A stretch of 64,000 nt of DNA from Euprymna scolopes (taxonomy: Eukaryota). Every line of letters starts with the position of its first letter. The stretch's first letter is position 1. A program made the translations under genes and the position numbers. This document shows, piece by piece, positions 25,090 through 38,072 of this stretch. The stretch lies in NCBI GenBank assembly GCA_053919585.1, contig CM132783.1. One strand, 5' to 3'. Below the pieces are notes generated by a model that worked only from the letters and a program-made list of their open reading frames with translations, was not told the DNA's origin and made no database searches.

Positions 25090-25690
25090 CTCGCAAAAGT
25101 ACCGTCGTTGACTGGGTTCAAAAACAGCCTACAGAAAATGGACTCTGATTTATGAAAGTATGATAGGTTATGATAAGGAAGGGTTGTAAATTTGGGTTTA
25201 ATTTGGGGATATCAAAACCAAAGCAAAATATGATGAAAGTAAACATAAAATAGATAAACCCCATAATTTATTATACCATACCTGTTCACACTGAAACACT
25301 TATCACAGTATTCTTTGGATCTACATTAAAAAACCTTGTTAAACTTTGTGACATATTTCCATTCTATGGAGGTCAGGTGCGAACGAACACCCCATAATTT
25401 TATTATACAATATTTCTTCAAACTGAAACATAATTATCAAAGTATACTTACGCAGATAGATATGAAAAGTCTTTATTAAAGTTTGTGCCTATTTCCATTC
25501 TATGGGGTCCAGGCGCGAACGCAGACCCCAGAATTTAAATGAACCACCGTTCTGCCAGATCAAACATACCCATTCCTGTGTCTCGATACATCTTCTATCA
25601 TTATATGTAATCAGTTTTTTTTTAAATAGTCAACCATATAGGAGCCTATTCGTGACCAGACACACACACACATTCAGCTTTATATTATAT
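25090..25690 (-). mobile_element. Helitron/DINE-like non-autonomous element with internal duplication of about 132 bp
   Basis: Decayed 3' hairpin gtaccgtcgttgactgggt; duplicated ccccataattttattata..ccattctatgg at about 25260 and 25390; (CA)n near 5' end. Confidence 0.5.
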
Positions 25691-25773
25691 ATATATATAT
25701 ATATTTTTTATTTTTGTACAATTATTTTTTAAAAATAATAATCTATCTAAAAAAAATCAATATTTATGTACAC

Positions 25774-25853
<80 letters not shown>

Positions 25854-26909
25854 GTAAAGTTGGTTCGTTCTAAACAAATAAAACCCTATTTCTACGTTAC
25901 CAATTTATTTGAAATTTTCAGACAACCCATTTTTAGAGTCGAGGTATGTTTTTATGTTATTAAAATAAATTTACCTAATTAAAATTAAAATATTAAATAA
26001 AATAAATATATTTATTTAATCGTTTCTGCGAATCTGTTCTGTTGATAAAACTGAACTTCCGGTTCGATTCATTTCACAGCCACGAATTGACGAAAGGTTT
26101 CATTTTCTGTTAACTCGATAAGTAAAAAAGAAAAAAAACAAAACATATTTCATTTGTTTATCTTCCAAATTTTTTAATTTACACATCTTTTCTTTATTAT
26201 ATAAGGCCAAAAAAAAAAGTTTGTTGCTTGCTTTTGAGTTTTTTTTTGTTTTCTATATAAGATTACTCATGCAGAGAGTGATCCGTGCTGAAATAATGTT
26301 ATTATTTAAAAAGTCATTCTTAACATGGGGAGGTAAGGATGTTTTGTACCTATTCTGTACTTTAACCTTACAATTGAATAAATAAATAAATAAAACATCA
26401 TAAAACGTTATTTAAACGTGGAAATATGATTTAAAAAATAGCGCGGATGATCCGCGGATCGCTCTCTGCATTAGCACCATTTTTATTTATTGCGGACTAT
26501 TATTCTCATCTTTATTAGTTGTTGTTTCACGAATTTTCGGTCAACTATCCCTCTGGCCTTCATGAAAAGAAGTCCTTTTATAAATGTTCAGTAACTTTTT
26601 CCTTTTATTATTCTTAAAGAGTAAAACTTTTCTTATTCATGAAAGGAGTTAAGCCTACGTAAATAAATAAATGTTTGTACACGTGACAAATTATCAATAA
26701 ATGGTTTAGTTACTTTTTTTAAAAAATGTTTGTAAAAGTGCGAAAGGCGACGTTGTTGTACAAACATTACTCCCATGCTTAATTTCTATACTTATAGGTT
26801 TTTGGAAATTTTTTTCACTGGATTATTATTGATTGGACACTAATTAAACATATTATTAAAAAAAAATGTAAAAAAGAAATCATTATTTCGACATTTGAAA
26901 GTGGTGCTC

Positions 26910-27795
26910 ACTTTTTAGTTACCACGTTCTGATAAATCAGTCACCCATTTTGTAAGCAATAAAAACGCGGTATATCAAAACCATAGAAAGTAAAAATAAT
27001 GAGTCTCTACCGCATTTGTAAGTCAGAAATATATTTGTTTCTCAAAGAAAAAAAAGAGAGAGAACAGGACTTTTTTTTATTGTTTTCATGAAAATAAAGT
27101 TTCGAGATTTTTAATTATTTTTTTTTTTTTACTTATTTAGTCAGTTTGTGTTTGTTTTGTTTTTTTTAAATTGTTTTTGTGAAAGGTGAGTTTTTTTTCA
27201 AAACTTTTGTTTTGTTTCTTTTTAATTTTTTTTAAAGTATTATAAATTTCACTAACATGCTGGAGAAATGTTTAATAATTTGATATTTTTTTAGATTAGG
27301 TCCACCTCCACAATTTTCCTTTCAATGACGACATTTATAGATCTCCGAGTATGCTGAACACGCAAATTGCATTGAAATTTTGCGGAAATAAATAGTTGTA
27401 TTATGCATTGTATTCTTCGGCGGCCATCTTTTTACGTGCACACGCGCCATAAACAAATACACACACGTACAAAAGATGGCCGCCAAAGATTACAATGCAT
27501 AATACAACTTTTTATATCTTGATAACTACTTATTTCTGCAAAATTTCGATGCGATTTTCGTATTCAGCATAGTCGAAAACCATTTCAAGTCGTCATTTGA
27601 AAGAAAATTGAGGAGGTGGAGTGGACCTAATCTAAAAATTTACCAATAACTTTTAATCCCGTACGCCTCCCGATACATTGCTTCGTCAACATGCGACCAT
27701 TTTATATCTCCCGAAGACACTTCCGTATTTAGAAAAAATAAATAAATAAATAAATAAAAAGCGACCGATTTACCAGAACGTGGTAACTAAAAAGT
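26910..27795. mobile_element. Nested inverted-repeat (MITE-like) structure
   Basis: Outer IR actttttagttaccacgttctg (26910) / cagaacgtggtaactaaaaagt (27795); inner long palindrome 27288-27638. Confidence 0.8.
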
Positions 27796-27801
27796 TAAAC
27801 A

Positions 27802-27874
27802 TATCCGAACTCGGAATTCGAAACCCGAAACTCTTGCATACGAGGCGAGTAGTCTGACACCTGAACAACCGCGC
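27802..27874 (-). mobile_element. tRNA-derived SINE-like fragment
   Basis: gcgcggttgttcaggtgtcagac...gggtttcgaattccg has tRNA length and A/B-box-like spacing but is decayed. Confidence 0.45.
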
Positions 27875-28322
27875 AACACGCAAAAAAATCTTTTAGATAA
27901 ATTTTACTTGTAATACATCGGCTTGTGTTCTTAGTGGTGGAATGACTACATTATTTGTTGAGGAGGAGTAAGTACATTGGACAGTTGGACTTCGCCGCGA
28001 TTTGCTTTCTCTGAGTTAGTTAATATACTTTATGTGATTGTGGAATAATTATAGATCAGCTCACATTCAGATAATTTATGTCTTGCTCTGTGCGAGTTCG
28101 TTCTCTATGAAACCGAAACAGGTTTGGCCAATTTTTATGCAATTTCACACGAAGGTACTTTATGTGCCTGACAGTGTTCTTAAATAAGTTTTGTATCGGA
28201 ATGTCTTCGATAAGTATTGATAATTAATAAACAAAATAATCCGATGAAAGAAAGGATCACTGATGTTGACCAAAGTTAACGCCTTATACAGCCAATCATC
28301 AAAAGTGCATTTGAGAAGTTTT

Positions 28323-28862
28323 ACTACACAAGCAGAAAGGTATGGCATATACAATCAACAGTATGTTATTTGATATGACACGGATGCGTTCGAAATTAAT
28401 GTTTTTGTTAAAGCACACTTGAAGCATGATACTTGACTTTTTCATTTTAAACTTAAATTCAAGCCATTATCACCGCACAAGCAATAAGGCCAGGTATATA
28501 AACACCTTAGGATAGTAGGATTTTGCTATGACAAGAGCGCGTTCTAAATGAATGTTTTTATTTAAGGCACAATTAAAGCGTGGTGCTTGACGTTTGCATT
28601 TGAAACTTTAATTCTAGCCAATTTATATTTTATGAAATCAACAGTAGGTTCTCTACAGTGCAATTTAGACTACAATATATTATGGACTAAGTGACTTCGG
28701 GGAAGAACGTGAAGCTTCCTCCCGGTGCACCGTGATGGGTCTCAAACTAGAGAAGTCAATCAATCAATTTGATTGAAAAGTGGTCGACTTCACCGATTTC
28801 GATGACGATGAAATATGAAGATGTGAAACATTTCAACCCAGGGCAACGCCGGGTATCCCTGA
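28323..28862 (+). mobile_element. Helitron-like 3' region with tandem duplication of about 150 bp
   Basis: Two diverged copies starting cacaagca (28326, 28475); end hairpin ccagggcaacgccggg; homologous to 5930-6250. Confidence 0.6.
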
Positions 28863-29971
28863 GAGGTAACTTTATTCAAGTAAAAATATTTAAAAATAAA
28901 TTTAAAAAAATAATAAGATTAATAAGTAATACGTTCCATCCAAAAAAAGGGGGGGTGCAAACCAAAAAGCGACATAACTAACTTGTCGCTTAGGAAGTGA
29001 GATGAAATAAAAATAATTTAACTAATAATACACATATAAAATACGCTTAAATATAATATTTTAATTTGTCCAAATTTCGTATATATTATTATATGGGCGT
29101 GATTTCAAAAGTAAAAAAAAAGTATTTGAGTGCCATCAGCTAGAATCGAAACTGTAGCATTCAAAGCTGGTGACGTTACCACAGTATCAACGTGACACGC
29201 ATATGCACTGATTAAAAATTAAAAAACAACTAAGACCAATATACAAAATGTATAACGATGTTTTCGATTTTGACCCATATTTGACCTCTTAAAATCTATT
29301 TTAATCGTCTAAAGACCCATAAAAAGATGGTCCGTAAAAAATCCAATCATTTGAGGCCCCATCGCATCTCTCTGCTACTTTTCGTTTCGGTGGAGATAGA
29401 GTTTGAAAATATAACAGACATATAGACGTTTATATATTAGATTTTACAGCGCAAATATTTAAAAAGTGCATAAAAATAATAAACGAAAAAACCCTTTCAA
29501 CAAAAAGTATCATCAGGAGTAAATCGTTGATATAAATACAAATATAATAAAATAACTAGCGCAGAATCACGTTAAGTAGGAAAATGCTAAGGTAAAATAA
29601 ATTTCGAATGGGAATATGAAAACAAGTAAATAATTCAGTACATTTGATTAAAATATATGTACAAATAGGATGAGGGCTATGAGGAGAGTTGGCATGTATC
29701 CGCGAATAAATCTAACGACTTAATACATTATTTCGCGAAAGAACCGAAGCTGACTTTCAAATCCTTAAATAGTTTTAAGAGTCAGCTCAGTATAGATTTC
29801 TAAAGCACTCCATTTCACATTGATTGACACAAGCTGGATTTTCAATATGTTGGCATTTGTTATTTTACGTGATATTGTTTTATTTATTAATTATTTATTT
29901 TTAATTTTACTTATTTTAACGATTTAATCTGGTGAACTGTTGACGAAAGAGATCCCTCGGTATTTTCTTTG

Positions 29972-30055
<84 letters not shown>

Positions 30056-30706
30056 CGATTTGTATATTGTCAATATTGGCTGAATTTCGCATGAGGGTTT
30101 ATGCTTTCGGTTTTCTTTTGTCCATGTAGTTTCTGCATGACACAATATATGCATAAATATTTTATACTGATCTTTTGAGGAACAGAATGTACTTACGTCT
30201 AGTGTAGCATATTGCATGATGCTAAACAATTGTAAACCCATTATTAATGAGGACTAATATGAGTACGCGCGTGCACGCACCCACACGCATATATATGTGC
30301 GTGTGTGCGTTTCTGTACAAGCCGACATTCTCGGGTTGAACACGGTTTTTAAGTGATATTGCTAAAGCAAAACCATTTGTAATTTGTGATTTTTGAAGAA
30401 TCTACAATCGTGTTTTTAATCGTTATAAGTCTTGAGCTTTTGAAGGTTCTTTCATTTTCTACAAAAAAGGCTCATCTATTCGCTCGTCCTTTTGCTGACA
30501 ATTCGTCACGTGATGATTTATTTGTGTGGTTCTTTCTGATTTTCCTTTGAAAGCTTATCAGCCTTTTGATGTTTTGATTATCACTTCACAGATGGTCTCT
30601 AAGGTTCTTTCTGACCTTGACCAGTAAAACACTTCTGATCCTGATTTTCAACGCCTGTTTTCTTTAACTTAATTTTAACTCTTGAAATTATTACATTTGT
30701 TTGTCT

Positions 30707-31042
30707 AAATGTATATTCCAAAATTCATGATGTTGACCATCTTATAATTTATAAATCAGTCGATTTCTACAATTCTTGACAGTATCTGTTTCGTAGCGCA
30801 TAATCAATCACTTAATTATTATATTAATTAGTGAATCTATTTTGCCCTTAAGTCACCAGAAGAAATAACAACAATGAATCTGTCAAAAGGAATTGAAATG
30901 TGATTTGACATGGTGAAAATCCGAAAATTAAGTGATTGATTTTACGCTACGAAACAGATACTGTCAAGAATTGTATAAATCGACTACGTTAAAGGAATAA
31001 ATTATGAGATGGTCGACATCATTAATTTTGGAATATAAATTT
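30707..31042. mobile_element. Inverted-repeat element carrying the 3' half of a hammerhead-like motif
   Basis: Arms 30707-30818 / 30926-31042; each has ctac-GAAAC-agatact-GTC-aagaa pointing outward. Confidence 0.7.
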
Positions 31043-31055
31043 TTGTAATTTATTC

Positions 31056-31107
<52 letters not shown>

Positions 31108-31665
31108 GGAAGGAGAGAGAGAGGAACTGTTACGACCAAACTACTATGTCAATTTTGTGTCTGCAGACTTGAAACTTGAAATATACGTAATTTCGACCCG
31201 TAGAACAAATGCGATTTGTTTTTAGACGGTAAAAATAGCTGCTAGGGGGGCATTATTGAAAAGAAATGAAACTTAAAAAGCGTAAATCAACGTGAAGTGC
31301 TCTTGTACGCATGCATAAATATACAGTCGGTTTAGTTCTGCTTATTTCTTATTCACCTGATGATAGCTCAAACGATTATGGCTAAGACTAAAACGCTAAA
31401 TTATTTGCGTTCGATTTTAGCTGATGGTACCTACGTCATAATTTATTTTCTTTGTTTCCTTTAAAAATCTCTACTATACATATAATGTAATAATCAATAG
31501 AGAATTGGCTTTACAATAATAAATACGAAATCTGCATAAATAAAACATTATATTTAAACGTATTTTACGCTGGATCAGTTATTATGATTAGAAGAATAAG
31601 CAATTAAATTGAGGAATAAATGATTGACGTGTAAATGCAAAAGGAATGTGAAAATAGAAAATATA

Positions 31666-31965
31666 TGTAAACATTATTTTGGGGTTTTGAATAAACAAAT
31701 AACTAGTTGTGGACATTAGGTTGGTCTGAGACATGTAATTGGGTGACGTAAGAGAACACGTGATGTAGTTAGTTTTGGAGAGATACAGACAGTTGAGAAT
31801 TGACCACCAAAGCGGACAGACGTCTACACAGGGGTGGACAGACAGCTAGGAACGGGATGTAAGAATAGAAAATGTAGACGAACTGCAGATCCTGTGAAAA
31901 CCATTTGAGACAACTGTAATAAATTTATATTATAAAAATATAAAGAGTTGTATTATGGTTTCACA
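31666..31965 (+). mobile_element. Possible solo LTR
   Basis: TGTAAAC...GTTTCACA termini, 300 bp, AATAAA near right end; target-site duplication imperfect. Confidence 0.35.
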
Positions 31966-33242
31966 AATAAGAACAGATGTCTCAATTGGATGGTGCTGAT
32001 CGCTTCATAGTTCGTCACGGAGCAGCAGGAAGTTAAAAGAACTCTTCAAGAAAAGGGTATGAAACATATATTATTCTTCTTATATATGAACTGTAAAATA
32101 TTCCCGTGTGATAAGTCTGATACAACATGACTCGGTTTACACGTCAATATCATGTCCTCCTGGCTAAACAACATACATACGATTTATACGTTTATTATCT
32201 GTCTGTTAAAAGAACAATATCTTACATCCACTAGATAACACATGACACGCTTTAATATATTATGATATAAATCAATATACAGCAGTTATAGTGCTTTAAA
32301 TTAATGTTTTAATAGCTGGAACACATGGTGTCTTCAATCAATGTTATCGAAATAAGTGCAAATGTTCAGATGCTATAATCGAACCTTTGAGAATAAAATT
32401 TGGTTCAATTGACTTCCAGACAGCATTATTTAGGGAGAACGCTTTTTATATGTGTTTTCTTAATTCTAACATTTTAGATTTCATGGCCAACGAGAATAAG
32501 AATGTGACGTAGAATTTTTTACTATCTGTGAAGTAACTTTCTGAACACGTCAGCTTAAACTAATAAATATAACTTCTACTGGAAATTTGATGTTTACGTT
32601 ATCTATTTACAAATTGGATTTCTTTGACGTTGGGGGGATTTTGGGGAAAGCTATTTTTTTTTAAAACGTTTTTAGGTAATGATTGCATTCAGAGAACGAG
32701 AGAAAAGTGATAAACGCAAGCAAAGTGATGAGTTTAAAATAATAAGTTCACGAAAGAGTTGTTTCATACATATGTGAAGAGAACGTCTACATAGAAAAAG
32801 GCAGAATGTTTGTTCATATTACTAGAGTTTTTGCAGAACAAACGGGTGATACCGAGGAAGTCTGGATCAATAATTTAAGGGTCGGGAATCATGTACGAGT
32901 CCGAAAAATTAGAATCGAAATATCCACGTCATATTATAAAAACTACATTTGATTAAAAGCTAATAACAAGAGTCAATGTTCATTTGTTTTCATTGTAATA
33001 AGCTCGGTGAGAAATTTTCGGAATATTAAAATTAATAAGTTTATACATTTGTTTGCAATGAGCAGACGACAGCATTAAAGAGTTTATGAATTGAGTGTAT
33101 ATGTATGCATTAATGTCAGAGTACGTATGCTTATGCCTGCATGTGCGTAAGTTATGAAATGTATCATTTTGAATTCCTCAACTCCGACAAAATTGCAAGG
33201 AAATCTGTCGTAAAATAAGTGCTTACTCTGTTGTCAACTTTA

Positions 33243-33460
33243 GTTTTTTTTTACATGGGGTCACCACTTATCAAGACCCAGGAGCCACTCGGGGATAAGG
33301 GTTATTGTGTGTACACTAATCAGTAGGATAGTATCGTAGTAATAGTTAGTATTGGGAATTTCATAAAGTGTCATTACTTAATGGGCGGTTCATCAAGAAT
33401 TTGTTTGAGTTGGACTTGAAGACATCCACGTTGAATTCGGGGGGGGGGAACAGGCAAGCG
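33243..33460 (-). mobile_element. CR1 family A 3' fragment
   Basis: Family A 3' UTR and last codons (NVDVFKSNSNKF). Confidence 0.85.
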
Positions 33461-33885
33461 TCAGAGAGCTCAAACTTTTTATTGCAAGAAAAATTTGATT
33501 TTCATGCTTTCGAGGCGCATCAAAAAGGCAAATTTGATAAATTCATAAATAAATGCGTCTGATTGGCTGAAAATGTTTTTATTTGTTTTTATTAATTCAG
33601 GAGAGTGGATGTACGGAGATATATGCGCAGGAATAATTTAAAGCATTTTGAGGGGGTGCACAGAAAAAACTTTGCTGCTTGCGACACTCGCCTACATCCA
33701 ATATGGCTACACTATTGACTAAGGATGAACATCTCCGCCGCTAATTTACATTTTCTGTCCATCACAAAAGAGCAGATTAAGGAATTTGCAGCTATTCCTC
33801 CATTTTTATTGCCTTTCATTAATTTCTTCATTCGTTCACCTATTCATATTTGACGCATGCTTCATCGATTTTTGTATAGAGTAGC

Positions 33886-33990
33886 AGCGCCATTTTTATG
33901 GCTTTGTGCAACGCCATTTTTATGGCTTTGTGCAGCGCCATTTTTTACGGCTTTGTGCAGCGTCACGGTTTGATTTTGCACGGCTTTTTA
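33886..33990. repeat. Minisatellite, unit about 24 bp
   Basis: gcgccatttttatggctttgtgca three times plus decayed copy. Confidence 0.85.
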
Positions 33991-34929
33991 CGAATATCAG
34001 ACAACCATTCTGCCGTATCTGTACTTTTGGCAATTTTCGTACTTCTTTTACAAAAATCTGATAATACAACCCTGTTTTGACATGATAACGGCATACCTTA
34101 AAGCCTCTGAAATATTTCTCCATATGAATCATCTTGTTTATTTCGTACCTTTTGTACAAAATTGTCTGCGAGTTGGCTATTTTTTCTACTAAGCCACACA
34201 ATGGGCTCTTTGTAATGAGGACTAGAAAAACGGGTAAGAACACACGCACACAATAATGAAACGACTAACTGTCGCCACGAGATTCATACGGGTTGAAAAT
34301 CTCATCTAGATAGCCGACAAACCTAGATTTGATGAGACGACATGAGGTTCTCTTTTATTCATTTATCGGCATAACGTGTGGTACTGTTTTAGCAAGTGCA
34401 CACTCCCAATCATTACCTTCATTTTTTTTAGGGGATCGAATTGCAAATCGCCTTAGCTGCACCTACTAGAAGATGAAATCCAGTGGTTTCACGGACATTT
34501 TTTGTTGTGGCCATTGTGTTACCTCGAGTAATAAGTTTTCCCGTCCTTCTAACCTGATGCCACATCTTGTTGTAACCAATAGCAAGCAAATCTATAAAGT
34601 AGGCAGAGAAAGTGAAGCCCAACTATGATAATCATCGTCTCCAAAAGGTCCAATTTCTCATGAGGTAAAAAAACAAAAAGAAACAGGAACGGGTATTTTT
34701 TTAGTTATGTTCACCTTAAACAATACATATTACAACACAATATGCGACCATATTTAAGAAAAATAAGCGAGATGTCTATTAACATTACATTTAAACTGCT
34801 GCATGTCACTATAATCATGGAAGTGGGTAATAGGAATAAATTTATAAAGTCTAGCAGACCAAGGAGAAAAAGCTCTTAGGGTAGATGACTTTTAGACATG
34901 TAAGAACTATAAAATAAATAAATGTAATT

Positions 34930-35680
34930 TTTGTTACTAAACGGATTTGTCGAGGATATGCACGTCGAGGGGTAAACATGCGATTGGTTCATCAGAGCAC
35001 ATTCCATTAAACTGTATGCTATATTTTTTTTTTATAAAAGGCCTTTCATGGCAGATCGTGTCAGAGGCTTTGGATATATCAAGTGCTACACCCCTGGTTT
35101 CCCCCGCCTAATTCAGTGCATGGAATATGCGGTCAGATATGACAGTTTAATAGCTGCAGTAGAACGGTATTCCATAAATCTATACTGTCGGTCAGAGGGA
35201 AGATAAAGTTTTGTGAGGTGATGGACTAGTGCTTGATTGCTTAATGGCTCAAACATGTTAGCGCAGAGGGGAAGAAGACTGATAGGGCGATAATTGAGCA
35301 AGTAAGTTCTTTCACAAGAATTCTTATACACTGGCACAAGCAATTTTCCAGCAATTAGGGAAACAAGATTCAGCAAAGTATATGTTGTAGAGTTTCGAAA
35401 GTACAGGGGCTAGCCCAGCTTAGCATTTCTTATTTAGTATAGCAGGAATGAGATCAAGTCCACGCGCCTTGGAAGTTTCTATTTTTTATGACATAGCGGA
35501 TATTGGAAGGGGGTGACTTTAGTCCGCATATGGAAATTTGGGAGTGAGTAGTTTATTGGCTCTAAGGAGGAGTTGGAGGCAAATCGCCGGGCATGCTGTT
35601 CAGCCTTCTCGGTTGTCGTGAAAGTGACCTTCTGGTTGATAGATAGTGGGGGAATTACTGATTTTTCTTTATTCATTATA
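34930..35680 (-). mobile_element. CR1 family B RT fragment
   Basis: IPPLSINQKV..EKAE..FASNSSL; NYRPISLLP; VALDISKA. Confidence 0.85.
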
Positions 35681-35702
35681 CTATCGTAACACACACACAT
35701 AT

Positions 35703-35740
<38 letters not shown>

Positions 35741-36069
35741 GTATATACATGGAAGACTCTTTCCATCTTATTTGTTACTTGTGTGTTCTTCAGTAAACAA
35801 AGTGAATGACGTCAACAAGACATGACATCATATATTTAAAGATAAATAAACAGGGTTGAAATTCGCTGAACAAATCGCTTGTGCGGTCACAACGGGAAGA
35901 CATCACGTATAGTAGCTGTTGTGATACTACCGTTCATCGGTGAAAAAAAATTACTAATAGAATGAAATAATAATAATTTTTTCTATCTATTGTAATCATT
36001 TTGCGAAGACTGATTTCTCCTTCAAATGAAAACAAAACAACATTTTATCTAAAACGCTTTTCAAAATAC

Positions 36070-37950
36070 AAATATATATGCGTGACGTTTCCAAACTAAT
36101 CAAAAACCTTGATTCCAGTAAAGCAACTGGCCCTGATAGCATTCCTATCATAGTGCTCAAAAAGCCTCAACCAGAACTAGCTGCCATGCTTACAAAGCTG
36201 TTTAAGCGTTGTCTCCAAAGAGAATTGCTTCCCAACACCCTGGAAAACCTCATCAGTATGTCCCGCATTTACAAATGCAGGTGACCAGCCATAGCCTTCT
36301 CAATACAGACCAATCAGTGTCCTGTGCGTCATGAGTAAGTTGCTGAAATTTGTGTTAAATAGAGAAGTAGTCAACCACCTCAGCAAAAATTACCTTCTTA
36401 GAGACATGCAATATGGTTTCCGTCCTGCAAGATTTACAGCAGATATGCTAACGGTTATATCTCATAGGATAAGCGAATCCATTAACGGCGACTTCCTTTC
36501 TAGGGCAATTGCCCTTGACATATCAAAAGCCTTTGAAAGGTCTACTCCACAAAATCTCCATCTACGGTAGAATTGGAAATGTCTTTTCAGTTAATAAATC
36601 ATTTGTCTCTGATAGGTTCATAAGAGTAGTGGTTGATGGGCAGAAATACGAAGCTCATAGTATTAATGCTAGAGTTAACTCTCTTCCTGATCTACTTAAA
36701 TGATCTCCCAAATCATATCCTAAGGTCGTTTATTCTGACGACTCTGCCGTCTATGCCAACAATTCAAAGGCTGTAAACGATCAAGTTATCTCTGATTCTC
36801 GCTACTCGGATGTTGATCACGTGGTGTAATGGTTAATTTTAATGAATCTAAAACCAAGCTTCTATTTTTAGATCATCAACGCTCTGATCCCCATCCGACA
36901 TCAATTGAAATGAATGGCTTTCATCTTGGGGAGGCTCCATGTTCTGATAAGCTTCTAGGTCGGACCTTTACTCTTGATCTGAGATGGAACACGTACATCA
37001 AATTCGTTTCCAAGGTCGCTGGAAAAATAATGGGATCGTTCTACCGCTTCAGTACATATCTCACTCCTGATGCAATTATCTACCTGTATAAAAGCCAAGT
37101 ACGTCTTAGGATGGAGTACCGTTGCCACATCTGAACAGGAGCTGCTAGAAGACCATATCCTCCCTTGACAAAGTTCAAAATAAACTTAGTAGCCTTGTGG
37201 GGCTGCCATTTTTCTTCTCTGTAACCTATTTTTTAACAGAAGAGACGTTGTCAGCCTGTCTCTCTTTTATTGTTATTTTCATGGCAAGTGCTCGTCTGAG
37301 TTCCAATCTATGGCCCACTGGTCTGACTTTCACAGAAAACCACTGTCAAACATTTTCCCCGCTCTTTATCTGTGCCTAAATCAAAACGTAAATTCCATGA
37401 ACAAAGCTTCTTTGTTAGAACTTCACGCCTGTGGAACTCTGTTCCATCTGCCTGCTTCCCACCTGACTACAACCTGGATTTCTTCAAGTCCAACGTAAAC
37501 AAATTCCTGATGAACCGCCCCCTTAAGTAGACATTTTTATTAAATCCCCACACTAACGTATTGTACATGCAATAACCCTAATCCTTGAGTGGCTTCCGGG
37601 TAATCACCTTGTAAAAAATAAAACAAAAAAACACTCAAGTAGCTGAAACTACTATCAATAATTTCCCCCACTCTTTATATGTGCCTAAACCGAAAGCTGG
37701 ATTCCATGAACCAAGTTTCTTTCTTAGAATTACATGTCTGTTTGTTTCGTTTTTCTGCTTTCCATACGGTTGTCTTCAAGTCCAAGGTAAACAAGTTCTT
37801 GATGAGCCATCCCCTTGAGTAATCTAATTTACCAAATTTCCACTATTAACAGTTACTACGACATTTTCACATTCCTTACTGTACACTCATCAATCCTAAT
37901 TTCGAGTGGCCCCCGGGCCGTAATAAGTGGTGACTCCTTTATAAAAAAAA
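36070..37950 (+). mobile_element. CR1 family A RT-to-3' copy followed by a second decayed 3' end
   Basis: SSKATGPDSIP, QYGFR, IALDISKAF, RMEYRCHI; 3' UTR at about 37520-37617 and again at about 37810-37950. Confidence 0.9.
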
Positions 37951-38072
37951 ATGCCTACGTGATGTGGAAACTAAATAAGGCATCGTTAATGAAATCAACC
38001 ATTAAAACAAAGAATGTAATCTTTCCTCTCTTGGGAAGGAAACTAAATTTTTAGATAATCATGATTATTTTT

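Noticed and set aside
29490-29520. CTGATGA..GAAA on minus strand
   Set aside because: Stem II is only about 2 bp and there is no stem III/I; likely chance
31355-31400. CTGATGA-tagc..gcta motif
   Set aside because: Not followed by GAAA or NUH
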